DNA of 64,000 bases from Candidatus Heimdallarchaeum endolithica (GCA_021513715.1 CP084167.1:386124-450123), one strand, 5' to 3'; positions 10,632 through 19,974 are shown, counted from the first letter of the stretch. Notes: a model not told the origin generated them from the letters alone. Made by a program: numbers and translations.

Positions 10632-12266
10632 TTCATGACCTAAAGATCCTACTGTTCTTTCGATATATTCGAAATCTTGTAAATTAGGATCGAAAAGTGT
10701 TTGTTCCTCATAAAGTGTAGCTTGTATTGCTGCTACAGAATAAGCAATACCATTCCATAGCGCTTCTCCATAATCTGTTATTAGTCCATCCATATCTCCA
10801 TTCATAATGTATGTTGTTAAATCGATCTGACTCAAGTAATATCCTACAAGAAAGGTTAATATCGTATTTAGACCAGTTTCAGATTTTAGAGTAGCATTTA
10901 CAGTTATTGAACCATTTCCAGGAATTTCTAAACCAGTTGTATCAAATTCTTTATAATCATAATTAACTATTTGTTCTGTTGCACTTTCGTTCCAGAAAGA
11001 TAATTGACTATCAGTAATATTTCTGTACCATCCATCAAAAACCAAAACAGTTACATTAACATAAAAGTCTTCTACAAAACCTTCTAAAGAACCACCAAAG
11101 TTAATTAATAATGTTGCATTGGTTTCACTGTAAAATTCTTCGTCAATTGTTACATCATCTCTTAATTTGTAGATTACAGGACTGTTCTCAATCATATCAA
11201 TAAAGTCAGGTCCTAATGGATAACTTATTGTTATATTTTCTGCTGTTTCAGTTCCTGAATTAGTTACTTCATAATCCATCTGGAGAATTCCATTTTCATT
11301 TAATAATTGTTGATCATAATCCATATTTACGCTTACTCTTGGTGAAGAAGCAAGTTCAGCTTGGTTCATAGTGTAAACTACTTCAAAATTACCAGTTAAA
11401 TCACGAACTTTCCAAGGTACTTGCATTATCCAGTCCATTTTTCCTGAAATCTGTGGAGCAACGTTATTAGGTGTTGGCTCAATAGATAAAGCGTTAATCA
11501 AATATGGAAATCTGAATTTAAGAATACTATATTTTACAACACCTAACTTGTTATAGACTTCTAAATCTGAACCGAATAAGTTATTAGTTGAAAGTGTATA
11601 TTCACCATCTACTTCAACAATAGCGTCAGGGTCAACATAGTAAATACCCCTGAAGTAAGTTGAAGAACGAAAATCTTCTCCTATAAAAACTGCTTTAACT
11701 GGAGATTCAGAAACAGCAGTTGTCTCAATAGCTGCAGCAAAACCACTTGTAATGTCCCCCTTAATCTCATCTGTAAGTAATTCAATTTGTTCATTAGTTG
11801 AACCGCTTGAAAAAACATACAGATAGTTACTCTTTTCTGTTGAAGCTGCACCTGCCCAATGTAATTCTAAATTATAGTGATCATCAAAAAGTTGTGCAAT
11901 TCTCAAAGATTGATTAAGACTTCCATCTGTTCCTAAAGAACCATCGATTTCAAGTAAAAGTGTAGCATTATCAGGAGCTTTGAAAGGTCTTCGTAATAGG
12001 TAATCAGCATAAGCTGCTTGGTCGCTTACAATAAAAGCCCAGCTGAGAACATCATCAAATTCGCTAGCTAGAACTTTTAATGGACTTGAACCTCCAAAAA
12101 GATTCAACTTAACAAGAGCAGAACTTTCGATACCAGCTATTATTTTCATTTCTTCAACAAATAGCTCACCTTCTTCTCCTGTACTTCCAATTGCTGAAGA
12201 GGAATATACAAGAGCTTGAGTTGTTGAACTGCTCAAAACTAAAAACATTATTGGTAAAACTACCAA
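10602..12266 (-). CDS. N-terminal fragment of the same disrupted cell-surface protein (signal peptide present)
   Basis: 554 aa. N-terminal hydrophobic signal peptide (MVVLPIMFLVLSSSTTQA). The last eight residues (LFCTFLSN*) are encoded by the terminal repeat of the inserted element. Same strand and orientation as the 8863..10182 fragment. Confidence 0.55.
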   Translation of the reverse strand: MVVLPIMFLVLSSSTTQALVYSSSAIGSTGEEGELFVEEMKIIAGIESSALVKLNLFGGSSPLKVLASEFDDVLSWAFIVSDQAAYADYLLRRPFKAPDNATLLLEIDGSLGTDGSLNQSLRIAQLFDDHYNLELHWAGAASTEKSNYLYVFSSGSTNEQIELLTDEIKGDITSGFAAAIETTAVSESPVKAVFIGEDFRSSTYFRGIYYVDPDAIVEVDGEYTLSTNNLFGSDLEVYNKLGVVKYSILKFRFPYLINALSIEPTPNNVAPQISGKMDWIMQVPWKVRDLTGNFEVVYTMNQAELASSPRVSVNMDYDQQLLNENGILQMDYEVTNSGTETAENITISYPLGPDFIDMIENSPVIYKLRDDVTIDEEFYSETNATLLINFGGSLEGFVEDFYVNVTVLVFDGWYRNITDSQLSFWNESATEQIVNYDYKEFDTTGLEIPGNGSITVNATLKSETGLNTILTFLVGYYLSQIDLTTYIMNGDMDGLITDYGEALWNGIAYSVAAIQATLYEEQTLFDPNLQDFEYIERTVGSLGHEELFCTFLSN

Positions 12267-12522
12267 AAAAATGTTGTTGATTTTTTCATTTTTTATAGAT
12301 CCTCCAAAATTATCTAAGAACTTTAACTTCCTTATGTTTTAAGGATTATTTTAGTCCTAGCTAGAAAATTTATTATTCAAAAAAATTAGAACTAGTAGAG
12401 ACACTGCTTACAGGCTTGATTGCTTGAGATTTCAAATTGCCTTACTTTAACAAATGTTAAGAATTGAATTTATAGTCCCTTTTTCTTAAAGTTTTGTATA
12501 TTTTCATTTTTTTGAAGATAAA

Positions 12523-12533
12523 TTTTATAAAAG
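12523..12533 (+). promoter_or_regulatory. Candidate archaeal TATA box (ttttataaaag) upstream of the 12563/12572 gene
   Basis: A/T-rich TTTATAAA-like element 40-50 nt upstream of the first ATG (12572), with purine-rich sequence just 5' of it (BRE-like). Position alone is the evidence. Confidence 0.2.
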
Positions 12534-12562
12534 AGTAATAAAAGCATTTATTTCACTTTGCG

Positions 12563-13792
12563 GTGAATAATATGAATAAAAAAACACTTGTTTTTAATAT
12601 AATGTTGCTAATTATACTGTCATCAACTTTAGCATCAATAGATTCTGTTGCACAGATAGAAGATGTGAAAGAGGATGTAGTACTGGATTCAATCCAAGAA
12701 ACAAATAATAACCAGATAGAAATAACTTTCTCTGAAGATGGAACAAATAACCTTAACTATAACGGATTAGTTCCTGGAGATATCATTTTGCTTGGAACTG
12801 AAGGTACATTCTTTGATTATTTGATTCCAGGAGAGTTCAGTCACACAGAAATATTTTGTGGGTTTGTTCAACCTGGAGAGTATATTTGGGACAGAGATAA
12901 TCATAAATGGATGGCTCCAGGAACTCCTTATGTTATTCATTCAACTAAAAGTGATAACGCAGGAAATGGTTTAGGATACTCTACTTGGTCTGAAGGAGTA
13001 AACGAGCATGCTGAGAATGCAGTAGCTATTAGAGTAAACGGATTAACTGATAATCAAAGACAACAAGCTGTTAATTGGATGAAAAGTTTTGCAGGAGATG
13101 GAACTAATCCTGAAGCTTATCCTTATGATTGGGGTTGGACTTCTAAGCAGATATATGGAACAAACAGTTTATCAGGAATAAATGGATGGTACTGTTCTGA
13201 ACTTGCTTGGGCAGCTTATAAAGACCTTTTTGGAATAGATCTTGATCCTGATGGTGATTCTTGGAGTTGGACTACAGCCTACGGAGTTAGCCCAAGTGAC
13301 TTATATGAAGATAGTGACACTCAAGTAGTTGAAACTGATGATTGGTCTCCTGATGATTGTTATTACGTTAAAATAAACTTAGTTGGAATTTATTACGAAG
13401 ACGATTATGATCCATGGCCAAAAGGTGCAGGAGAAGAATATGTTAAATGGTTTGTAGGAGATGGATGGGGAGGAAGTGGTTATGTTGTTAATAACTTCTA
13501 TGGGACTGTAAAAAGAGATGGAAGTGGGTATATTTATTGGAAGATAAACCTTGCAAATGTACTTATACCAAAAAGTCATCCACTAAAGATACGTGTAGAA
13601 GCTTGGGAAGATGATGGTTGGCCTGACTCTGATGACCAATACCCTGTTTTCAACTGGTGGTCTGACTACATGCTAGACTTTGCTAACACTGGTTGGTGGT
13701 GGTGGAATTACGTTGATTTAGGTGATGCTCGTTATTGTATAGAATTTTGTATAAGCGCATCTCCAATTGGTACGAGTCCTAATGGTGTTTAG
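12563..13792 (+). CDS. Secreted protein with putative permuted papain-fold (NlpC/P60-YiiX-like) amidase/peptidase domain and Trp-rich C-terminal domain
   Basis: Signal peptide (LVFNIMLLIILSSTLASI). His (VIHSTKSD) precedes Cys (GWYCSELAWAAY), which is the permuted papain-like order. C-terminal domain rich in W/D/G (GWWWWNYVD). Track start 12563 is GTG and the first ATG is 12572. Family assignment is from motif memory only. Confidence 0.35.
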   Translation: MNNMNKKTLVFNIMLLIILSSTLASIDSVAQIEDVKEDVVLDSIQETNNNQIEITFSEDGTNNLNYNGLVPGDIILLGTEGTFFDYLIPGEFSHTEIFCGFVQPGEYIWDRDNHKWMAPGTPYVIHSTKSDNAGNGLGYSTWSEGVNEHAENAVAIRVNGLTDNQRQQAVNWMKSFAGDGTNPEAYPYDWGWTSKQIYGTNSLSGINGWYCSELAWAAYKDLFGIDLDPDGDSWSWTTAYGVSPSDLYEDSDTQVVETDDWSPDDCYYVKINLVGIYYEDDYDPWPKGAGEEYVKWFVGDGWGGSGYVVNNFYGTVKRDGSGYIYWKINLANVLIPKSHPLKIRVEAWEDDGWPDSDDQYPVFNWWSDYMLDFANTGWWWWNYVDLGDARYCIEFCISASPIGTSPNGV

Positions 13793-13816
13793 AAAACAAA
13801 TTTCCTTAAATTTGAT

Positions 13817-13837
13817 TTTCTTTTTTTCTTTTTTTTT
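13817..13837. terminator. Oligo-T tract, candidate archaeal intrinsic terminator after the 12563..13792 gene
   Basis: tttctttttttctttttttttga lies immediately 3' of the TAG stop. Archaeal RNA polymerase terminates at oligo-T runs. Confidence 0.25.
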
Positions 13838-13874
13838 GATAAAGTTTAATAAATAGCATAATATTGCAAAATTG

Positions 13875-15356
13875 ATGCTTTCTGAAGAAAAAATAGAAAA
13901 TGAACAAGAAAATAACTTTGATAAAACAGATTTAGAAAAATTAGAATTTGACACTTCTCAAAAAAATGAAGATGATTCAGATGCTGTAAAACTTAAAGTA
14001 AAACGAATAATCTCAATAGATGCTTTACGAGGAGGAGCAGTTGTAGGAATGATTCTTGTTCATTCTCTAATGTGTATCTATGATTATACTTGGATTTCAA
14101 AGAATCCAGTAGTAATAAGTTCTTTACCTTTATGGTTGATTGTAATAATTGCAATTGTGGGCTATTTAGGAATGTGGATCTCATTCTTTATCTTTTTATC
14201 CAGTATAGTTAATTCCTACAATATGACAATAAAAACCACTAAAACTAAAAAACCTTGGAAACAGTTAAAAAATCAGCTTTTTGCTGGTTTTACTATACTA
14301 TTTGTTTCTTATTTAAGAGAAGCATGTATAGGTTATTATGGTATTTTTGGCCATATTATTAGAAACGGAAAAGTAGCTAGTTTTTCCATTCTGGTTAATG
14401 CTCTCTACGTTATGAAACCTTTGAGTGCTATTGGGTGGTCAATTATTATTGGAAGTTTAATTCATGCCATTTTATTAATGAATGACGGATATAAAAAGAG
14501 ATATCGAAATTTAATTTTTTATTTATTGTTGTTTATTATTGCTATCTCTATTACTCCATCTATTTATAACTGGGGTGTTAAAGTAGCATCTACTGAAAAG
14601 ATTAATTTTGGTTATATTTTGGCCAGTTTTATCAGTGGAACTGTTGGAGGAGATACAGATCCCTTGTTACCCTATTTAGGAACAGTTTTTGTAGGTAACT
14701 CAATTGGAATGTTTCTTGCACAAAAAGAACCTCCCAAGAGACTTCCTTTAATCGGAAGTTTATTTGCATTTTTCTTAGCTATTGTCTCTATAATCATGAT
14801 ATTATTTGGTATAGCAGTTAATTTTCCAAATACTATATTTAGAAAACCTCCTGAAGTCCCCATATATTTGTTTCTTCTTTCAGGTCAAATAGGATTAACT
14901 ATGCTGTTGTTGCGTTTAGTAGAATATAAGGGTAAAATGGTAAAATTTGGGAATAACTGGATTATAAAAAAATTTAGACTATGGTCAATGGTTTCATTAA
15001 CACTTTTTGTGCTAGACCTCTATGAATTTGTTCCTAGAGCATTTTTAACATTGATATTAATACCTTTTAAAATAGATCTGTTGAATGATAATATATTTAC
15101 AGGAATAACTGGTTTTTATTACGCTATTTCTGTTGCAGTATTTAATGTATTATGGTTCCATTTTACATTAAAATTATGGTCTAGGTACAACTTTTTAGGA
15201 AGCTTTGAATGGATGATAATAAAGTTACAAAAATTCTTCCTTAAAAAGAGAACAACAAAATTAAATGTTTCATTCATCTTTTCAAACAAAGAGTGGTATG
15301 GAGAAAATAAAACTGAAAAAAAACATCCAGCAAACTTTGTCGTACAATTAGATTAG
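13875..15356 (+). CDS. Polytopic membrane acyltransferase-like protein (DUF1624 / heparan-alpha-glucosaminide N-acetyltransferase-like)
   Basis: RIISIDALRGGAVVGMILVH matches the Rx(I)S(I)DxxRG signature of the DUF1624/HGSNAT-like family. More than 10 predicted TM helices. Confidence 0.5.
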   Translation: MLSEEKIENEQENNFDKTDLEKLEFDTSQKNEDDSDAVKLKVKRIISIDALRGGAVVGMILVHSLMCIYDYTWISKNPVVISSLPLWLIVIIAIVGYLGMWISFFIFLSSIVNSYNMTIKTTKTKKPWKQLKNQLFAGFTILFVSYLREACIGYYGIFGHIIRNGKVASFSILVNALYVMKPLSAIGWSIIIGSLIHAILLMNDGYKKRYRNLIFYLLLFIIAISITPSIYNWGVKVASTEKINFGYILASFISGTVGGDTDPLLPYLGTVFVGNSIGMFLAQKEPPKRLPLIGSLFAFFLAIVSIIMILFGIAVNFPNTIFRKPPEVPIYLFLLSGQIGLTMLLLRLVEYKGKMVKFGNNWIIKKFRLWSMVSLTLFVLDLYEFVPRAFLTLILIPFKIDLLNDNIFTGITGFYYAISVAVFNVLWFHFTLKLWSRYNFLGSFEWMIIKLQKFFLKKRTTKLNVSFIFSNKEWYGENKTEKKHPANFVVQLD

Positions 15357-15907
15357 AATTATTTAAAAATTTAAAAATAAGACAACAAGTGAAAACAGTA
15401 TAATATTAATGTACTTTTTTTATAAAAGTGCGAGAAAAATTTTTTTAAAAAAATTTTCCTGTTATTATACAATTCCCCTTTTGGAAGTGAAAATTTGAAA
15501 AATAGAATATTAAGTTTAATTTTTTATCTATTATTATAACTAATTTTTTAATAGTAATAGACATTATCCCAAAGCAAATAGAAAGGAATAGTTTTAAGAT
15601 AAATAACAAAAACCAAAAAATCCTTTATTCCTATTTACTAACCATAATCCTATAATCATTCACTCTGATAGTGACTTTAGTTCCTTTTCAAGCTCTGGAA
15701 CAAAAAGTGATCATATATCATAGAAAATTATAACATTACCACAACAGAGAACTATAGAATTAGTCTATCTTATTCTGACTTCGGTATTATTAAAAGAAAC
15801 ATATGTAATTGTATTACATTCGGTATTTATGTAAAGCATTTTCCTAGTAGCATTTTCCTAGTACTAGTATAGAAGATAATACATGTATAGATAACAGTTC
15901 TGTTGGG

Positions 15908-16330
15908 ATGTTAATTTATAGTAACTTTATTACTCTTAACAACAATACTTGTAAATTATCAAGCTCTGGTTTAACCAATTTAGAAGAGTATACTAACGAG
16001 ACTGACTCTAATGATGATGATACTGATTCTGATGGTATGCCTAATGGTTGAGAAGTAGATAATAGTCTTAACCTCCTAACAAATGATGCTGTTGAAGATG
16101 CAAATGGAGAAAGATTCACTAATTTAGAAGAGTATCAAGTCGGTACTGACCCCAATATTGCTGATACTGGTGTAGACGGCTATTCTGATTATGTTGAAGT
16201 AACTAGCGGTCCAGATCCACTTGATTCAGAATCTTATCCTGGTACTCGAATGTCAACAGGGGCAATAATTGGTTTGTCAATAGGTCTTGGAGTCTTAGTT
16301 TTAACAAGTTTTAACCTTCTTTATTTTTAA
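15908..16330 (+). pseudogene. Relic 3' fragment of a paralogous TSP3-repeat surface protein, with Trp codon mutated to TGA and C-terminal TM anchor retained
   Basis: Translation gives ...SGLTNLEEYTNETDSNDDDTDSDGMPNG*EVDNSLNLL...FTNLEEYQVGTDP...GAIIGLSIGLGVLVL. This matches the DDDGMPDGWEVTYNLDP...DGLTNLQEYQ repeats of the 32626..37644 protein. TGA at 16049-16051 replaces the Trp of the MPDGWEV motif. No N-terminal part of the gene is present upstream. Confidence 0.5.
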
Positions 16331-16429
16331 AAGATTTATTTCAAAAGGTTAGACTTTTCTTTTCTTTTTTTTATTATTTTTCTCAATTTTTGATTAAATA
16401 AAATACACAGAGTATAGAAAAATTACTTT

Positions 16430-16852
16430 TTATAAAATTAAGTTTAGAATATCTAAAAAGAGTTCCTTTGAGAATTTTTTGTTAACTGTTGAAAAAGCAA
16501 AAACCCATTTTCCTGATTTTTCCAATCTAATTATCCTTGATTCTGAAAGGATTTTAAGATGATGTGATACAGTTGATTGTGAAAGTTCTAAAATATATTC
16601 TATTTCACAAGAACATCTGATACCTGATAAAATAAGTTGAAGTATTGCTAGCCTAGTTTTGCTTCCTAAAGCCTTGAATACTTTCTCATATTCTAAGACA
16701 ATTCTTTCATTGACAAATGTACATATCATATCTTTTAATTGTTTCAATTTTTTTATTCTATCATCTTCTGTTTCTGATATGATGCCAATCTCCAATAATT
16801 CACTTAATTTGCTCTTAAGTTCAGAATCTACTGTTTTAAAATTGTTTTCCAT
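16430..16852 (-). CDS. arsR: ArsR/SmtB-family metalloregulator (winged HTH)
   Basis: LAILQLILSGIRCSCEIEYILELSQSTVSHHLKILSESRIIR is a classic ArsR HTH with a Cys pair (CSC) in the metal-binding position. Divergent from the ACR3 gene. Confidence 0.7.
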   Translation of the reverse strand: MENNFKTVDSELKSKLSELLEIGIISETEDDRIKKLKQLKDMICTFVNERIVLEYEKVFKALGSKTRLAILQLILSGIRCSCEIEYILELSQSTVSHHLKILSESRIIRLEKSGKWVFAFSTVNKKFSKELFLDILNLIL

Positions 16853-17014
16853 TATTTTCCCTTTTATTTCTACTATAAATATCTCTGTATTCTTAAATAT
16901 ATATTTTTTTAATTGCTTACTCTAATTTTATAGTTATGCTCTACTTCTGCTGTTGTCTATTTTATTTATAGATTACGTTAAAATATATTTAAATATATCA
17001 ATATATGTTTTCTT

Positions 17015-18052
17015 ATGAATGAAAAAAAACTAACGATATTAGATAAATATTTACCTATTTGGATAGGTTTAACTATGATTTTTGGAGTATTATTAGGTAA
17101 ATTTTTCACTAAAGTTGCAGAAATAATAGACAGTGTTAAAATAGATACAATATCTGTACCAATTGCTATAGGACTATTGTGGATGATGTATCCTGTGTTA
17201 GCTAAAGTAAATTATGAAAAAATCCCTCAAATGACAAGAGATTGGAAAGTATTTACTTATTCAATAATTCTTAATTGGGCAATAGGACCTTTTCTAATGT
17301 ATGGACTAGCAAAATTATTATTGTCTAATTATCCGGAATATCAAATTGGTCTAGTTATTATTGGAATTGCTCGTTGTATTGCAATGGTTCTTATATGGAA
17401 CTTACTTGCAGAAGGAGATAACGAAAAAGCAGCAATACTAGTTGCAATAAATTCTGTTATGCAGATTTTCTTATATTCAGTATATGCTTATTTTCTTATT
17501 GGAACGCATATAAATATAACAATGTAGAATATAGCTAAAAATGTTTTAATTTATTTAGGAATTCCACTATTAGCAGGTTTCTTAACTAGATTTATTCTCA
17601 TTCGAGTAAAAGATCAAGAGTGGTATGAGAATAAGTTTATCTCTAAATTGTCTCCAACAGCTATGATTGGACTATTGTTTACAATTGTTGTTATGTTTGC
17701 TATGCAAGGAGAAACTATAGTTGATAATCCTTTAGACATTCTAATTATAGCTATTGCTTTAACTCTATACTTTCTAATTATGTTTTTAGCGAGTATATTT
17801 TCCTCTAAACTCTTAGGTTTCAAATATAAAGATAGTGTAACGATTTCTTTTACTGCTGCAAGTAATAATTTTGAATTAGCTATTGCTGTTGCAGTAGGTT
17901 TGTTTACTATCTCTTCTAAACAAGCTTTGGCAACCACTGTTGGACCTTTAATTGAAGTTCCTGTTTTATTGTCTCTAGTTTATTTTGCTAAGTGGTCTAA
18001 AAATTGGTTGTTCAACGAAAAAGATTCATCAATAAATGAAAAAACAGGATAA
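17015..18052 (+). pseudogene. arsB: ACR3-family arsenite efflux permease interrupted by a single in-frame TAG at 17525-17527
   Basis: The ORFs 17015..17527 and 17648..18052 are in the same frame. The 120 nt between them translate without stops (NIAKNVLIYLGIPLLAGFLTRFILIRVKDQEWYENKFISK). Joined length is about 345 aa with ACR3-like hydrophobic profile. TAG is used as an ordinary stop elsewhere in this window. Confidence 0.65.
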
Positions 18053-18118
18053 CTAATTTTTTCCTTTTTCTTTCTTTAAAAGAAAACCTATTTATAGAAC
18101 ATAAAATTTACTTATTTT

Positions 18119-18559
18119 ATGTCTGATAAGCTTATTGTTGAATTGGAAGAGACACTTATTCCTTATGCTCTAGAAAGGTTTAATTTTCAAAATAATCCTG
18201 CAGTAAGAAATATTACTTCTAACCCTATTTTCAGATCTATGCTTGGAAAAACATTAGATCATGCACAGCAATATGTTACTGATTTTGTGACTTGGCTTTG
18301 TAGAGCATTTGTAAGAGTACTCGTAAATTCAAATATTTCTTTAAAATTATCTGATATAGCAACTTTGATTTTAGCTGAATCGTTTTTAATGATGGATCTT
18401 CCACCTTATGGTTATGGTGGTTCATCAAATGATGGCGATAAATCAGATACCAAAGTTATGATTGAAGTAGAAGTTCATCGATGGTTTGTCTTTTTAGAAA
18501 AAGAAGGCAAATTACCTGGAATATATAATCGTTTTACAGGTGTTTACTCGACTAATTGA
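18119..18559 (+). CDS. Hypothetical protein (146 aa), no recognisable domain
   Basis: Long ORF with ATG start and coding-like composition, between the ACR3 gene and the methyltransferase gene. No motif recognised. Confidence 0.35.
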   Translation: MSDKLIVELEETLIPYALERFNFQNNPAVRNITSNPIFRSMLGKTLDHAQQYVTDFVTWLCRAFVRVLVNSNISLKLSDIATLILAESFLMMDLPPYGYGGSSNDGDKSDTKVMIEVEVHRWFVFLEKEGKLPGIYNRFTGVYSTN

Positions 18560-18567
18560 ATATTTTC

Positions 18568-19149
18568 TTATTTTGTAGCTTCAAAAATGTAAGTTGCCTT
18601 ACTAGGACGTTTAATTGATATATTTGAAAAGCCATATTTTTTTACAATATTTTCAAGTTCTGAAGGAGTGAGAAATTTACTCTTAAACATTAATATTTTT
18701 TCAAAAAGAATAAGTAAAAAGTTCCAAAAATAAGACCTATCATAATCACGAATAATGAGTTTTCCTTTTTCATCAAGCACATGGTTACATTGTTCTATCG
18801 TTTTTTCTTGCTTTTTTATGTGGTGTAAAGTATCATTTACAAAGATTTTGTCTATACAACCATTTCTTAAAGGAATGTTGTTTGATAAACCCTGAATTAG
18901 AAAAATAGACTTTGAGGATTTTTTTGCTTGATTTAACATTTCAAATGAACGTTCAAGTATAATACACTGATTTACTTCCTTTTCTAGAACTTTTGAAGCT
19001 CTTCCAGTTCCTCCACCTATATCAAGTAGGATGTCTTCTTTATAAAGATCTAAATAACCATTTAATGAATCATAATCAAAATCACCAATTAATTTATCAT
19101 AGTAACTAGCAATTCTTGAAAATAAATCTTTTTTCTTTTTTTTTGTCAT
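18568..19149 (-). CDS. Class I SAM-dependent methyltransferase (small UbiE/Methyltransf_11-like)
   Basis: Motif I LDIGGGTGRAS. Acidic residue after beta2 (ILERS). Motif post I/II. 193 aa. Lies in the ars locus, so an ArsM-like role is possible but unproven. Confidence 0.6.
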   Translation of the reverse strand: MTKKKKKDLFSRIASYYDKLIGDFDYDSLNGYLDLYKEDILLDIGGGTGRASKVLEKEVNQCIILERSFEMLNQAKKSSKSIFLIQGLSNNIPLRNGCIDKIFVNDTLHHIKKQEKTIEQCNHVLDEKGKLIIRDYDRSYFWNFLLILFEKILMFKSKFLTPSELENIVKKYGFSNISIKRPSKATYIFEATK

Positions 19150-19224
19150 AATCTCTGTTTACAATACTAATTATTTATTTTAATTTATCCTATTTTACAA
19201 AATTGAAAAAAATATCTTTGGAAA

Positions 19225-19974
19225 TTAACTGAAAAATTCATCATCATCTCTTTCTTGAATGTCTCCTGGTTTGATTACTGGCTCAACTTTGTAAACAACT
19301 TTTCCTTTCCAAAAATATTCTCCAGTCCGATAGATGGGATTTTTTCTCATATAGGCTAATGTACTTCTAGGGATACCAAACTTGTTTGAAATTGTACTCA
19401 TAGTAGCATTATCCTCGAACATTTGAAAGATCTCAATCAATTTTGGTCGCATTTCCTCATCAACAACAAGTTTTCCATTTTCATTTTTATAACCTAAAGG
19501 AGGTCTTGACATTATCTTCTGTTCTCCAATTCTTCTTTTAATTCCATATTTCCTCTTTTCTCTATATTTTTTGAGTTCCTCTTCACCTAAAATATCATAG
19601 ATCCTAGTAACAAGCTGTTCTTGAGACTCTTCTGTTGCTCTAATTTCAACACCAAAACTTCTTAAAATAACAGTAGCATAACCTAGCATATCAACTTGTC
19701 TTGAAATTCTATCTCTTGTTTGAACCCATACTTCTCTTATTGGGTCACCAGCATTGTTTTTGTTATATGTTCTAATAAATTCTAACATCTTTTTAAAACC
19801 TGGTCTCTCCTCAACATGACTATCTCCACTCACTTCTTCATCAATAAAGGTTTCAATGATATGCCTATACCCAACTGATTTTATTTTTTGCCTAATTACT
19901 TCTTCTTGGGTACCTAATCCTGATTCTTGATCTGCTGTACTTACTCTTAAGTAACAAATGACATTAATATGCAT
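19225..19974 (-). CDS. Small serine recombinase (resolvase/invertase family)
   Basis: N-terminal catalytic motif VICYLRVSTADQ (nucleophilic Ser). C-terminal HTH (TMSTISNKFGIPRSTLAYMRKN). 249 aa. Confidence 0.75.
   Translation of the reverse strand: MHINVICYLRVSTADQESGLGTQEEVIRQKIKSVGYRHIIETFIDEEVSGDSHVEERPGFKKMLEFIRTYNKNNAGDPIREVWVQTRDRISRQVDMLGYATVILRSFGVEIRATEESQEQLVTRIYDILGEEELKKYREKRKYGIKRRIGEQKIMSRPPLGYKNENGKLVVDEEMRPKLIEIFQMFEDNATMSTISNKFGIPRSTLAYMRKNPIYRTGEYFWKGKVVYKVEPVIKPGDIQERDDDEFFS

Noticed and set aside
16853-17014. ArsR operator dyad in the arsR-ACR3 intergenic region (AAATATAT...ATATATGT)
   Set aside because: The partial palindrome is made entirely of AT repeats, which occur by chance throughout this genome. 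It is not distinctive enough to call a binding site.
17525-17527. In-frame TAG in the ACR3 gene as a pyrrolysine or other recoded codon
   Set aside because: TAG is used as an ordinary terminator by several unambiguous genes in this window. No pyl genes are visible. A nonsense mutation or base-call error is far more likely.
18568-19149. Small SAM methyltransferase as a DNA methyltransferase partner of the serine recombinase or as a confirmed ArsM
   Set aside because: It lacks DPPY/NPPY-type motif IV, so it is not a DNA amino-methyltransferase. It is much shorter than characterised ArsM enzymes, so only the generic class I methyltransferase call is supported.
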